A stretch of DNA of 63,648 nucleotides, the filler included, from Octopus bimaculoides (taxonomy: Eukaryota): NCBI RefSeq assembly GCF_001194135.2. It is 5 parts of 5 records of this genome, joined end to end, with 100 filler letters (N's around TTAATTAATTAA, not from the genome) between each part and the next. Parts side by side here need not be neighbours in the genome. Positions count along the whole stretch, not along the records: positions 11,286 to 39,391 come from NC_068981.1; 4 more parts are not named here. One strand, written 5' to 3'. The notes below the pieces were generated by a model. It ran no database searches. It had not been told where the DNA came from and was given only the letters and a program-made list of their open reading frames with translations. Positions 14,094 through 27,693 of this stretch are shown one piece after another. Every line of letters begins with the position of its first letter. Positions within the stretch are counted from its first letter, which is position 1. The translations under genes were made by a program, and so were the position numbers.

Positions 14094-14880
14094 TGGCAAA
14101 CAAGTTTAGAGAGGAAAACTAAAAATATAGAAAACAATTATAGAATAGAAAAGTTCTTAAATAGAAACTCTTTCATTTGCAATAGGGCATTTGGGGAGGT
14201 CTTAGAAAGAAACGGTAATGTCAGCATTGAAACTGTAAACCGAGTTTTTCTTATGCAGTTGCTGCTGAAGTATAAAAATGAATACAGATATATGCCTGAG
14301 GGGACAAATGAACAACCCTGACTCAGATTACAATAACATGAAAGAAAATGGTACCAGAAAATATAAAAAATAAAAAGATACATCAATATTGAGTAAAATA
14401 GACAAAGGGAAGTTAAAAATTAAAATAAAGAAACAACAACAAAGATATTTATGGAAATAGAGAAAATATAAAAACAGAAATAAGAGGGAAATTAAGATAA
14501 GAATCCTTAGCAAAGACACAATATATATATTAAGCAATTTGAAAAGTGTATATGCTTTTTTTTTCAAACATGAGAAACTATTTAGAAGTAACTCCAGAAT
14601 ATTCCATAGAAGATTAAATAAGAAAAAAACATTGATAACTGATATTAGAAATAAGCTAAAAGTAGAGAAATATTGGGGAAACATATTGGGAAAAATTCTC
14701 TGAGCCACAAGAAGAAGGCAGCAGGATTACAACAGAAGAAACTTAACAAAAATCAGAATATTAAAGAAACCAGGTGAATTATTATCCAAAGAAGTTACCA
14801 CAGCAAAGAAAAAAAAGAAACTTGCAACTGAAAATGCCCTGGATTTGATAGATTATTAAAACTTTTCTCTGAAGTATTAT
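14090..14880 (+). mobile_element. R4/Dong-like LINE remnant (region N-terminal to RT)
   Basis: Broken translation HEKLFRSNSRIFHRRLNK, VEKYWGNI, and KKTCN*KCPGFD resemble the R4-clade NKLF..FYR.L, EEFW..IW and NWKAPGPD segments. Confidence 0.55.
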
Positions 14881-15402
14881 ACAAGAACAAAGATGTTGTG
14901 CTGGTTATTGAGATGAGGAGGATTCATAAATGGGATGAACTAAAGAAATCTTATGTCCTTGTCCAATTTGCTAAATGATAGCACCCATCGAAAATGAGGA
15001 AGAAATACATTGGACAATGTATTCTACATACACCAAAACACAAAAAGCTATATATATGTAGTTATATATTGTTTGTTATATATATATATAAATTTTCAGG
15101 ATTCAAAAGAATCGGGTATTTAAGTGGTAAAAGCACCATAGTAGAGTTGGGGATGGCTATGTACTGACAATGTATACTGATATGTGAATACTTACTAAAG
15201 TAGATACAGATTTGTCCTTCCAGTTATGCATACATTCACAAGTAACTGACTGAATACACAGAATATCATCAAAGTCATACAGAGTACACCCATTGCACAT
15301 ATTTCACCATTAGCTATAGAATTCAGATACAAACATGTAAGATTCCAAGTTAGGTGAAGAATAAATGATAACAACAGATGGAATGCAACCCATCTGTGTT
15401 AT

Positions 15403-15445
<43 letters not shown>

Positions 15446-15786
15446 CATATATAACAAAACAGGAAGTTGGAAAATTTTTGGGTATTATTTATCCCCCATT
15501 ACACATGTTTCATTTGCTACTAGGAATGACAAAGTTGTACATGTTGGATAAACATGTAAGAAATTTCCTTTTAGAAATTCTTCTCACAGAGAATGAAATA
15601 ACAATAATCAAATAAGTTACGGGGATGTATGCACACCAAGATGCGATACAGTGGGACTGAACCCAGACCCATGTGGTTGGGAAGCAAACTTCTTACCATA
15701 CAGCCACGCCTAAACCTACATTGTATATATACATATATGTATGTGCATATGTATGCACATACACACACACACACATATATATATAT

Positions 15787-15833
<47 letters not shown>

Positions 15834-15929
15834 AGGAGAGAAAGAGAGGGAGAGACTATGAGGAAACTGTTCAGATTGTGATTGTTCTCCTAGTACATAT
15901 AAAATGAGTTAGACAAGCAATACACAGCA

Positions 15930-16350
15930 TAGCCAAATGAAGGGGAAATCTAAAAAAAGAATACTATGAGAGAATCAGATTAGTGTAGGAACAAAATTAA
16001 GCAGTCAAAATAATTAGTATGAACACAGTAGCTATCCCAGTAATCAGCTAAAATCTTAGTATAATTAATTGGAAATTAAGTAAAAGAAGAAACAGAGAGG
16101 AAAACAAGGAAACTTAAGATGTGATTTAGAATACACTATTGTAAATTTAACATAGGCAAGATATATTCGTCAAATTTCCAGTGACGGAAAGAATTCATAC
16201 AAATAGAGAATGATTATAAAATAAGCTAAGGACTAAGGAAGTAAGTAGTAGAAAATAATAAGTAATAGAAAATAGGGCTAGATGATATGAATTAATTAGG
16301 AAATATGAAGACATGAAAAAAAGCTATTTTCTACAGACTAGGAAGCAATC
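15930..16350 (+). mobile_element. R4/Dong-like LINE remnant (post-RT region)
   Basis: Degenerate NTVAIPVIS...IINWKL and ...FIQIENDYKI segments resemble the R4-type AINTYAIPV..FGIINW and GGRGLIQIE motifs. Confidence 0.5.
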
Positions 16351-16864
16351 AGATATAGTATATAGCTTGGAAATATTCAAGAAAGTTAATCATCATTAAA
16401 TCTCACCCAATGATCTTTGAGAAAGAACAGATTGGATTATGTGGTCTGAAGAAAATGACAGGATTATCACAGCTAGAGCGTTTTTGATGAGAAACCTGGT
16501 CAGTCAATGATGCCAAAGTGCTGAACAACAGAAGAAATAAAATATAGCATGAAACAGGTCCAGATATATATGACTAAAGAAAGGTGGCAAAGTAATTGAC
16601 TAACTGGTCTATAATCGGTCATACCTGAAAGGAAACCAGAATTACTAGTGATAGTTTAAAAGCCAAGACAGAGTTTTATAAATGCCATGTATTTTGCCTT
16701 GTTACAAAATTAAACCCCATGAGGCCTTAACTGCATCTAGGTATAAGACCTGGACTAACAGGTTTCATTATGTTACAAATCCATCAGTATCAACTTACTG
16801 TCCTTCCTAAGATACAAAGCAATGATAGTAGCCGAAGACCACTTTTTTTCTTTCTACTATAGAC

Positions 16865-17061
16865 ACAAGACTTGAAATTTTGCGGGAGGAGGTTAGTTGA
16901 GTATATCAACTCCAATGCTCAACTGATACTAACTTTATCAACCCAAAAGGATGAAAGGCAAAGTCGACCTCAGAAGAATAAGAACTCAGAACATAAAACC
17001 AGTAGAAATGCCACTTGGTATTTTGCCTGACATGCTTATGATTCTATCAGCTTGCTGCCTT
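16865..17061 (-). mobile_element. SINE family A, CpG-decayed copy
   Basis: GGATGAAAGGCAAAGTCGACCTC...GAACTCAGAAC body; most CG dinucleotides present in the 55535 copy are TG/CA here. Confidence 0.8.
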
Positions 17062-18484
17062 ACCAAAGACAACTAAATAAAATGGAAACAAGTACAAACT
17101 TAAACATAAAATTGACGATCCAGCAATAATTATTAGAGTATTAACTCTTTTGATACCAACCCACCTGAGACTGGCCCTGGTTCTGTGATACAAACTTCCT
17201 ATTTTAAAGTGATCTAAATTATAACCTTCCATCAAAATTTCATATTAACTTATGTCCCAAACACCAGCTTAATAACAACAAAGTTATATCACTAAATTGT
17301 TCATTATTTTGAAAATTAATCAAAACAAGGTATTGCAATTCAACATAAACATGGTATCCAGTAAACTAAATTTCTGGAACTTTCTAGTGATTGAGAGGAG
17401 TGGGTACACAAGGGAAGAGTCTTCAGAGTCCTCCATATCCAATTACCTATTAAGGGACATTAGGAAGACTGGTTCAAATTACTTAAGTGATTGGTATCCT
17501 AATTTCATTATTGTAGAAATCTGAGGATCAAAACAATGATATGACTTCTACTACTATAATCATTTGTGTTGTATCTCTGAGCAAAGCAGTGACTCACCAT
17601 CAGTTTTGTTTGACATTCAACAGGTTTTGCTTCTATTTCATAGTTGAGCGGAGAGTTGTAGGAAGGTCAGCAACCTAAATCAAAATCATCGACGGAAGTC
17701 TTCCTTCTTATGTTATTATGGAAGAATACATATGAAATAGAAAAATAATAAGCATATGGTAAAATCCTTTCTGGTCAAGGACGATGTCTCTCTAGTAGTA
17801 ATAGTAGCAGTGGTGGCACTGGTGGTGGTCGTGGAGGTGGATGGAGGAGAATGACAACGATGAGGACAATGATGATGATGATAGTGATGACAATTATGAC
17901 AACAACAATGAAGATGATTAGGATAAAATTGATGATGATGATTTTGGCCATTGAATATATAATAGCCAGACCAAATGCAGTAATGCAAAATAAATATATT
18001 TTATACTGAAACAAAATGAAACATTTGCCTGAGATTTGAACTCATGATTCCTAATTCCCAGTGAGACAACTCACTATCTAACCTGGCTAACCTTCAGCCT
18101 TGCATGAATATGTAAATAAATAAATTCATAAATAAAAAGGAACCTAGAAATTATTATCTGTCATTATTTGAATTAATCATAGAAAGTAAAGATTTTTCAT
18201 CTTTAGCTGTCAACTAGTTCTGATTAAATGGTTAGAATTAGTGTCACCTACAGTGACAAAGTTATTGATTTTATCTCTCTTCCTCATTCTTGTCTATTGC
18301 TGACCTCTCTGTCAGTTTCAGTATCCTTAAGATAGCATTAACTAGATTATTTTTACCTACTTCTGTCTCTTGATACCACAATTCACCAAATTTCTTATGC
18401 TATTGATCATTTAATTCTTTTCATTCATTCTTTCTTCCTTCCTGTTATAGAATACAACAACAACAACTGCTGCTGCTGCTGCTG

Positions 18485-18516
<32 letters not shown>

Positions 18517-19749
18517 GCTACTGTTGCTGCTGCTGCTGCTGCTGCTACTACTACTACTACTACTACTAGACAACACTGTCGTTATTAGTTCTTGCCCTTC
18601 CTCTTCCTTCATTTTTCCCTTCTTCATCTGACCTGCCTAATGCAATAGCTAGGTGTAGCTCAACAAACACTCGTTTATTACATTTAAATTAAGGGCCACA
18701 TATGTAAGACCTAAATCTTAAAATTATATACTCCCAATAAAACTACTAAAAATACATTGTTTAGTATAAAGCTGGGTGTCATTTATGGATATATCTATGA
18801 TTTCAGGCAAGTCAAAACCAAGTTGGTAGAATGAAGAGGCTGATGGTTCACATCTCAGTACAGACAGCTGTGCACAGTATTCAGGATTAAAGTACTTAAC
18901 TGCACTGGCTCAGTCTACTTTATTGTAAATAGGTAGCATGTCATCATCATCATCATCATCATCATCATCTTCAACATCATCATTATGATCCAGAATTATA
19001 TCCCAGAAGCATTTTGTCTGTCTTTACATTCCGAGTTCAAATTTCAGTGAGGTTAACTTTGCCTTTCGTCCTTTCAGGGTTGATAAAATAAACACCAGTT
19101 TATCACTGGGGTCAATGTAATTGACTTACCCACACCTCCGGAATTACTGGACTTGTGTCAAAATTTGAAATCATTATTTAATGTCCTTCTTTCACACTGG
19201 CATGGATTGAACTTTTAACAGGAGTAGGCAAGTCAGAAAACTGCTTTGGCATGGTTTCCATTGTTAAATGTCTTTCCTAATGCCAACCACTTTACAGAAT
19301 GTATTGGGTGCTTGATGATTTCACTGCACCAGCAGCAGCAGTGAATTAATTGAGTGGGGAGTAGTAGTGAGAGAGGTGGCTTAGTGCCAGGTGACGAGAG
19401 GTTAGAGTATGCATGGTGGGACAGAAACAGATGTCTTGCAGTAGAGGAGATACATCAACAGGAGAGAGAATGAAGTGAGAGAAAGTGGGGAGAGAGAGAA
19501 GGGAGATAGAAAAGAGAAAGAGAGAGGAGACAAACAAAAAGGTGAAGATGTGATGGGACGTACATCCAAATTACAGGGAGGTGTATATAGTGAAGCGCAC
19601 CAGGGATTGGATAGGGTGACTGGATGAGTAAGCTTGTGAGGTTGCAAAAGGAGAGTGGGAGATTGAGAGGAGATGTAGTGAGTGGGCACAGGTTGGAGGA
19701 AGGGTGTTAGGAGAATGAGTTGTGGAGAAAAGATTTCACGAGTACAAGG

Positions 19750-19990
19750 CACCTGTGCTGGTAACATGCAAAAGGTACCTATGCCGGTGACATGTAAAAG
19801 GCACCTGGGCTGGTGACATGTAAAAAACACCCTGTACACTCTATGGGGTGGTTAGCATTAGGAATGACATCCAGCTGTAGAAACCAAGCCAAAGCAGACT
19901 GGAGCCTGGTGCAGTTCTCCGGTTTATCAGTTCCAGTATCTAACCCATGCCAGCATGGAAAATAGATGTTAAATGATGATGATGATGATA
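19750..19990 (+). mobile_element. RTE-like 3' tail (family C) ending in (GAT)n
   Basis: GCATTAGGAATGACATCCAGCTGTAGAAAC...CCCATGCCAGCATGGAAAATAGATGTTAAATGATGATG; three internal ~26-bp GCACC...CATGTAAAA units. Confidence 0.75.
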
Positions 19991-22900
19991 ATGATAGTAT
20001 GCAGGCAAGTTCGTGAGGGAGAGTGGGAAATAGAGGGAAGTGATGAAATGGGTGGGGGATGGGATAGATGTTGGGGAGATGAGGTTTGTCAGGGACAGAT
20101 TGTGTGCAGGAGCATGGACGTAAATGACACATTTTTTGGCTTTGATTTTACTTGGCTGGACAAGTCTTCTCAAGCACAGCAAACTGCCAATTGTCTAGGT
20201 CTTTAGTCTTCTCCTCTGGGATGCTTTTTACTTGTTGCAGTCATTAGACTGTGGCCATACTGGGGCATCATCTTGAGGAATTTTTAGTTGAATGTATCGA
20301 CCCCAGAATTTTTTAAATGATTTTCAATCAACACCTGAAGTTAAGCCTAGAAGGTCTCTCCACATTCTAGAAATAACAGCCAAATCACTTGAAAATTTTT
20401 TATAACCCTTTGGTTATATTTTTTGGTTATTCTTCAATTTCTTTTATTTTCTAAAAATATTTTTATTTGTTTCAGTCATTGGACTACCACCATGTATTGA
20501 CCCCAGAATCTTTTTTTAGGTGATTTTCAACCAGCACAGGAAGTTAAGCCTAGGTCTCTCCACATGTAAGAAATAACAGCTAAATCTTTTTTTTTTATAT
20601 TTCTTTTTATAATTTCATGTAAACAAAAACAGAATTTGCGGTTGTAAAAAAAAAACTTGATTTTTCCAAAATTCCAATTTTTAAGTAAACAAAATATATT
20701 CAACCGAAAATAAATAAGTAGAATAGAATAACAGAACACAAGACTCTTTACTACTCAATGTACATATTGTCTGAATTCTAAACAAAAGGAAAAGCATTTA
20801 TGTCAAGAAATGTGTAGAAACATAAAAACAATGCAAAGTAGGTTTGAACAATTAGCCTTCAGCACCATAATTCTATTAGACCTTCAATGGCCAGAGGAAG
20901 TTCAAAAGGTCAGCTTATTCTCATTAATCTGTAAGTGCTGAGAGAAGAAAACAAAAGACATTAAATTTGAATTTTAAAATGCTGATTTTTCTGTGACTAA
21001 AAATTCTTCAAGGTGGTGCCCCAGCATGGCTGGAGTCTAATAACTGCAACAAGTAAAAATTAAAAAACCCTGGTGTCGATACATTCAACTAAAATTTCTT
21101 CAAGGTCGTGCTCCAGCATAGCCACAGTCTAATAACTGCAGCAGCAAGTAAAATTTTTTTTAATTCTGGCATCGATATGTTCAACTAAAGACTGAAACAA
21201 GTAAAAGGTGGGAAAAAAAGCAAAAAAAATAACCAAAAACTATAACCATGGGGCTTTTGTCCACTTTCACACTTTAATGATGGGGTTTTTGTCTTTGAGG
21301 CTTTTGTCCTAGGGGGCTTTTGTCCTAGGGAGCTCTTGTCCTGGGGGCTTTTATCCTACACTCAGGAGGCTCAAAATCAGAAGATCATTTTTTCAACACT
21401 TTGTCTCACATCTTCCAAGCTCTTCCTCTTTTACAGGTTCTTCCATATTTAGGACAACATAATTAATAAGTATTTAATTAGATGGAAGTGCTATTTCAAA
21501 TCCTTCTGGGGATATAAGCTCTGTTAACCCAGCTGTAAATAGTTAATGTTTATAGCTCACTATTAAAAGTAGCAAGAATTCTGTTTAATGAAGAAATATT
21601 TCAACAGATGGCAGTGTTTAATTGAAAGCTAATGTCATGACTGTTTCAGGCTATCTAAATGTAACAGCCAAGCCCATGGATCACACCTGTAAAAACAGGT
21701 GTACTATATAATTCATTGTTTTAATAACCCTTTTGATACTAACCTGCCCCCTGGTTCTAGGATACAAATTTCAAATCAGAATGTTCCATCGAAATTTCAT
21801 GTTTATTTATGTTAATAATAGCAAAGTAATTTTAATAAATTCTTCATTTTCCCAAAAATTGAATCAAAGGCAATGTATAAGAAATACAATATGTATAGAA
21901 ATACAAGTGTATAAGAAATATGATAACGAAAAGGTGAAGTTCTTCTGCAAGTTTAGTTCACATTAGGAATTATTGCATGCTAATTATTTCAAGAAACAAA
22001 TGGGTAAAGTGGTAGGCTTCAGATGAATGCAGTTCTAATGAAGTGGGGGATAGAGATATGTCAGCCTTGGTAAAAACCCAAATCTCTGAAAACTAACAGG
22101 AGTCAGTTATATCAGTTAATAATGTTGACTTATGTGAATGAACAAATACAGCTGACTATGATTATTCAGTGACCCCACAAAACCAGCAGCACCCAGTGAC
22201 TTGCTATTGGTTAGTATTAGTGATATTTAAAAAAATCATAAATATCTCCTTAGATCTAAAAGCCTTTTAAGTATCAGTGTTCGACTCTGCTTTCATGGTG
22301 TGAAGAAATCTAAGAAATATAAGAATATTAATCTATTGCAGATAACACTCAAGAGGATCTTTTTGCTATTCTTAAAACATAAATGGAGTTGGAAATATAG
22401 AGTTAAATTTATAAGCCTAACACATAGCAACACACAGTAAATTTGAATTCAAGGTATCTGAATTAGTATATCTCATCTGTAATTAGCCATTTCCCCTTCT
22501 GTTGTCAGTAACAGAACAGACATGCAAGATCCAACTAATTAATGATGATATTTGAAGTAATTATCTACTTTGGAGATGGCATTGTGACAACTTTGCTGCA
22601 AGAGGAAACTTCTTCAGATGTCACAATAAAGTTGATGAAAATAAGAGATGTATGTTGCATCACAAGTTTTAAAGTTAAGTTCAGAATCTTGATCTAATAG
22701 TGACAAGACATGAATGAGTTGCACCACATTTAATTGGCCTCTGCAGTTCTAAAGCTGGTCACAATTTTAAAAGAAAATTGGGAAGTTAGCTCAAATTCTT
22801 TTGCTTACATTTAGTGACATTAATTTGGAACAACTTTTCTTTCATTTAAAAGTCACTTCATGTTTATATAGGGTCAGCTACCATAGGTTATGAGTCAACA

Positions 22901-24403
22901 TTCTCCCTTTTTTATTTAACATCTTTAAAATAGTATGAATCTCTGAAAATTTTATTGTAAATTTTCAACCAAAAGATTAATAAATTCAGAAGAAATATTG
23001 AAGAATATTGAGAAATGCTGAAAGAAAGAATGGAAACAGAAGTAGAAATGGAAAGATAACTGCTAACTTGAAAAGTTTCTTCTTGAAATTTTGTTTTGTT
23101 AATTTTTTAATTGGCAGAAAGTGTTATTGCATTGTTATTATTATACATAATTTTCACTTGACAAGTTGTTTTGGTATAATGATTTTCTTAAATTCATTGT
23201 ACCTTTGACTGTTCTTGATATAGTTAGTAATCACCCTCTCTCTCTCTCATTTTTTGCCAATTTCACAACTTGAATCATACAAATTCACTATTAATACTTT
23301 TCATTATTTCTGCTATTTTGGAATGTTGAGTGATAGGCAGATCTCTAAGATAATTAAAGACAATGGGAATAAAATGAATTGATTAATTAAATCAATACAC
23401 TTGTTGGAATGTAAAGTGCTGTCAACAATGTTACAGTTGGCTTTTAGACAGGAAGAAAATTTCAAAGAAATGGAACATTAGGATTGAAAGTTACCATATC
23501 AGTAGTGAATAGGAATATAGTGTTAGTGAGAGTATAGAACATAGGATATGAAAACTATCAATGTTATCTGAAAACATTGTAACTGAATAAATGTGACTGA
23601 TGTATAAAGATTGAAGATATGTTAGAAGCAAAGCTGACAGAAATAGAGCACAGGATAATGAACTGAAGGCTTTTTCATATAAATGATGATCTCATAAATA
23701 AAATAAACATGATAAATCTAATAGAGCTTTGCTGGAGGTGTAAGTATTTGAATGAATAACTTGAATATATATCTCATCATATAAAAGAAGCTTTCAGGTC
23801 CAAATGGAAGAAAACAATTTAAACCACACAAAGCTATAATAAATACATGTGGCAGTATTAGAAAATAATTATTTCTGATGGCTATATTCATGAAGACAGA
23901 GAAAGAGAGAGGTAGAGAGAGACAGCGAGACAGGGATGGGGAGAGAGAGATATAATTAAATCAATTTACAAACCTTTGGGAAGATAATGAAGGTGTGTCA
24001 CCTTGATCTCAAACAATGTTACTGATGAAATACATACTGGAGAATATAGACTCATACATTTAATCCAAAAGGTTTTAAATCACTAAGCTATTGATTGAGA
24101 AAGCTGAAAGTCCAATATTGAAGTATAATCAGAGTCATGCAGCTACTTGTGCAAGTTGTTGTATCTTCAGATCAGCGAAGGGTATAATTTGAAAACTAAA
24201 AGAACAGGCTCAATGAAATCCAAATATAAATTGTCAATGAGAAAATAACTATGTTATGCAGACAATTAATGCCTGTTTGATGACTCTTACTACTCTATAT
24301 TGGAATTAATTACATCTTTTCACAACACAGTGTCATACACACACACACACATACACATGTATGTGTATATACATATGTATATATGTATATATATTTGTAT
24401 GTA

Positions 24404-24458
<55 letters not shown>

Positions 24459-24885
24459 GGTGTATACATATTTATCCTTACTGTGAATATTTTGAGTTAA
24501 AACTCAAATTACTGAGAGCTTGTGATCAGGAAGCAGATAATCATATCTCTTAGATTATAGTCAGAAGTACTATATATATAGTTATATATATATATATATA
24601 TATATATAAGTGAGTTTGGAGGGATATATTATCTGGACGGATACTGTATTAGATCTCAGTTGAGTTCCAATTAGCGACTAACCACAATGTTCAGTATTTA
24701 ATGTCTGTGACTACATTTAGTTGTTAGTCACTTAGTGACTACTTCCAGTAGGTAATTCTGTGTTCTCTTCACTGGAGAGTAAAAATTATCTGGAGTGTAT
24801 ATTATTAATGTTAATAATAATAAAGAGTATGGAGACTTGTACATCTACAAAATTTATTTTATAGTTATATATAGCATATTATAAT

Positions 24886-24961
24886 GACCTACACGTGTTT
24901 CCACTGCAGCAACTACTCACTGTTACAAGTGCAATATTGTCAGTGCAGCTTCATCAGGGTC
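24886..24961 (-). ncRNA. Type I hammerhead-ribozyme-like motif (Penelope-associated, degenerate)
   Basis: Minus strand: GACC CTGATGA A GCTGCA...TGCAGT G GAAA CACGTG TA GGTC. Stem I GACC/GGTC, palindromic stem III ACACGTGT, GUA cleavage triplet. Confidence 0.6.
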
Positions 24962-24999
24962 TGTCCATTTGGTCTATTTGGTGAACTGATTGAAGTAAA

Positions 25000-25440
25000 T
25001 TCTTGTTGGTTAGTGCTCTGTGGGAGGTGGGGTGTTGTTATTTATAAGTATGTTTTGTTGACCTCAACCTCACCAAGTCACTGTCTGAGGATAGGGCTTG
25101 GTCTTAAAACAGGTTAAGGTGGAGTTTGTTGTTTTTGTAAGGCTCTTTGTTCATTTTCATGGTTGTATGTGCTATTTTTGATTTTGAGCTAGTACTGAAG
25201 GGTTCTTTTTTGTTTATATTAATGTTTTGGTTGGGCTGCTCATTATTTGTGTTGTACATTGTATAGGATATTTTTTTTTTATTAATGATGGTTATTTTAT
25301 TAATGATGGTTATTTATTTTCTTCCTATCTTTAAAGGCATTTAAATGATTGGCAAATCTTTTCTTGAAATAAAGAGACCTAGCCCTTATATAAAAGTATT
25401 CCCTTCCTTCTGAGGTAACTTTACATCTATCGGCCAGTTT
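25000..25440 (-). mobile_element. Penelope-like element GIY-YIG endonuclease remnant
   Basis: Minus-strand translation RCKVTSEGREYFYIRARSLYFKKRFANHLNAFKDRKK matches the YxC...YIG....FKxRxxNH pattern of PLE GIY-YIG domains. Confidence 0.55.
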
Positions 25441-25659
25441 CTTAGTTTACATTTTGTGTTTAACAGACATATTTACCTCTAGCACAGTTGCATTGACCTG
25501 TTTGTCTATTTCTATTATTTATTCTGTTGTTGATTTCACTAAAAGTCTCTCCTATTCAGCTGCTGTGAAACCATCCAACCAATGCCAGCATGGAAGATGG
25601 ATGTTGAATGATGACAGTAACATACATACACACATACATACATACATACAGACATCCCT

Positions 25660-26820
25660 TTGGCAACATCTTTTAACCGTCAAGTGTCAGAGTGCATCCC
25701 TTGACCAGGTTTGCATACATGAAGCTGATAACATCATACGACTAGGAAGGCAGCTCCTTGAGCAACATTCCTTGTCTGATAACCTTAAATGCATGCTCCA
25801 AGAAGTTGCATGACTCTACCACAGCATATCAGATGAAAGGATGAGTGTATATCAGCAGAAGATCATGAATGGATATGTTAACAGAAAGCTCCAGGATGAT
25901 AGTAACATTGATCATCAAAACAGTTGATCATTTACCAACAACCATATTACTAACTTTGAAGGGTATGCTTTTGCAATCCAGGAACAGAAAATTTCAACAA
26001 AATACATGATGCACAAAAGAGATAGAGATACAAGAAAAGCATCAAAATGTGATAGCCAATGCAGACTTTGTGGAATAAACATCAAAGATATCACCCACAT
26101 CATAAGCAGTTGTTTGAAAATGTCATCACAGTATTATCTACCGATGAGACATAATGTTGTAGCTAAGACACTGTTTAATGAGATCTACTGGAAAGATAAA
26201 CCTGAAACCAAAGAAATAAGAACCCATAATATTGCAGAAACCATAGCCACTCATAATAAAAGGAAGTACTGGTGGAATGTGCCAGTGAAAACTTCCATAA
26301 AATGTAAATAGAGCTGACATGGTGATTTGGAATAGAAAAGAGAAACTGTGTACAGTTGTAGAAATCAGCTGCCCACTGGATGTTAACATAAAGCTAAAAA
26401 TCAGCGAAAAAGAGAATACTTTTGCTGAACTATTGAGAAATCTACAGCTACTCTTCCCAGATTACAAGTTCAAATTTATACCTGTAATTATTGAGGTACT
26501 GAGATATGTAACACATTGCCTAAATGCTAATCTTGAGAAACTAAGTTTCTCCAAACCAGAAAATGAATACTGATTCAAAGACAACAGATCTAAGCCATCA
26601 CTGGAACTGTAAAAATCTGTAAAACTTACCAGAAGTTTATAATTTAAGTATAAATGCACAACTCTATGCATGAGAATACATACACAAAACAAAACATACA
26701 AATCTGTACATGCACTGACTTCAAATACTGAACATATAAATACATGCAAAAATACCTTGTTGATTTGTTGAAATTCCAATGAAAGAGCCTTGGATCTCAG
26801 TTAGAAACAGGGTCTTTCTT
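25660..26820 (+). mobile_element. R4/Dong-clade LINE 3' end: CCHC knuckle + restriction-like endonuclease
   Basis: EGYAFAIQEQ, CRLCGINIKDITHIISSC (CCHC), MRHNVVAK, then RADMVIWNRKEKLCTVVEISCPLD (PD..E REL motif) and FIPVII; frameshifted. Confidence 0.9.
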
Positions 26821-26849
26821 TACTGGCAAGAAATCTTGACTGACTGGCA

Positions 26850-26880
<31 letters not shown>

Positions 26881-27693
26881 GGAAAGGCTTTAGTGGTCAC
26901 TTTGGTCAACACAACTCTAAATTAATCAAATATTAAAATTACCTGTATATCAATGATACAAGTTTATTAATACTGTACAGAGCAAGGTACTTGTAAGGTA
27001 GTCTGATGACCATGGAAATTTGTATTTCCTGCTCATAAATTAGAGCAAATTATAAGAGGTTCCAGAATAGATAGGGGTTAAGTATCCAGGTGGGTACCAT
27101 TCAAGTACTCAGTTATAATCCAAGTTGTGACTGTGTGGGTAAGATTTAGCTAGCATTATTTATATTTGGTAGGTGACTATAGTTTTTGAGTGCAAAGAAT
27201 GTGAGAGGAAGATTTGGAAACCTGGTATAACTATAAAAACTGCTGTCATGTTGACCCTATAATGACCCTCTCCTAGCAAAACTAATAAGCTAAGCAATGC
27301 TAGGACAGGCATCACAAATAGAAATAACCCCCTTATGAAAAGGAAAAATTAATTGTTTTTCCAAAATTAGACCAACTTCCAATAATAATACTGACCCCCA
27401 TAAAATAACAAATAAATCGAGGACTACATTATGTCCACCTTTAGATTGACCCACAATATGGCCCCTTTGAAATTCAGATAGTTCCCAGGTTTCTTTTATA
27501 CATAGCATGATTAAACAGTCACATATAGAACCTGAAACATAAAAATGTCAATTAATAAAAAATACAAACCATTACATGTTAGAATAAACATAAAATGGTG
27601 TTTTATGGGGTGTCTATTTACTTCTGTCATATCTGTGTGTGCGTATATACATATATACATACATACATACATACATACATACTTATATGTGCA

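Noticed and set aside
25075-25125. Plus-strand CTGAGGA...AAAAC hammerhead-like string
   Set aside because: G12 absent, stem I mismatched, and opposite to the PLE orientation; too weak to call.
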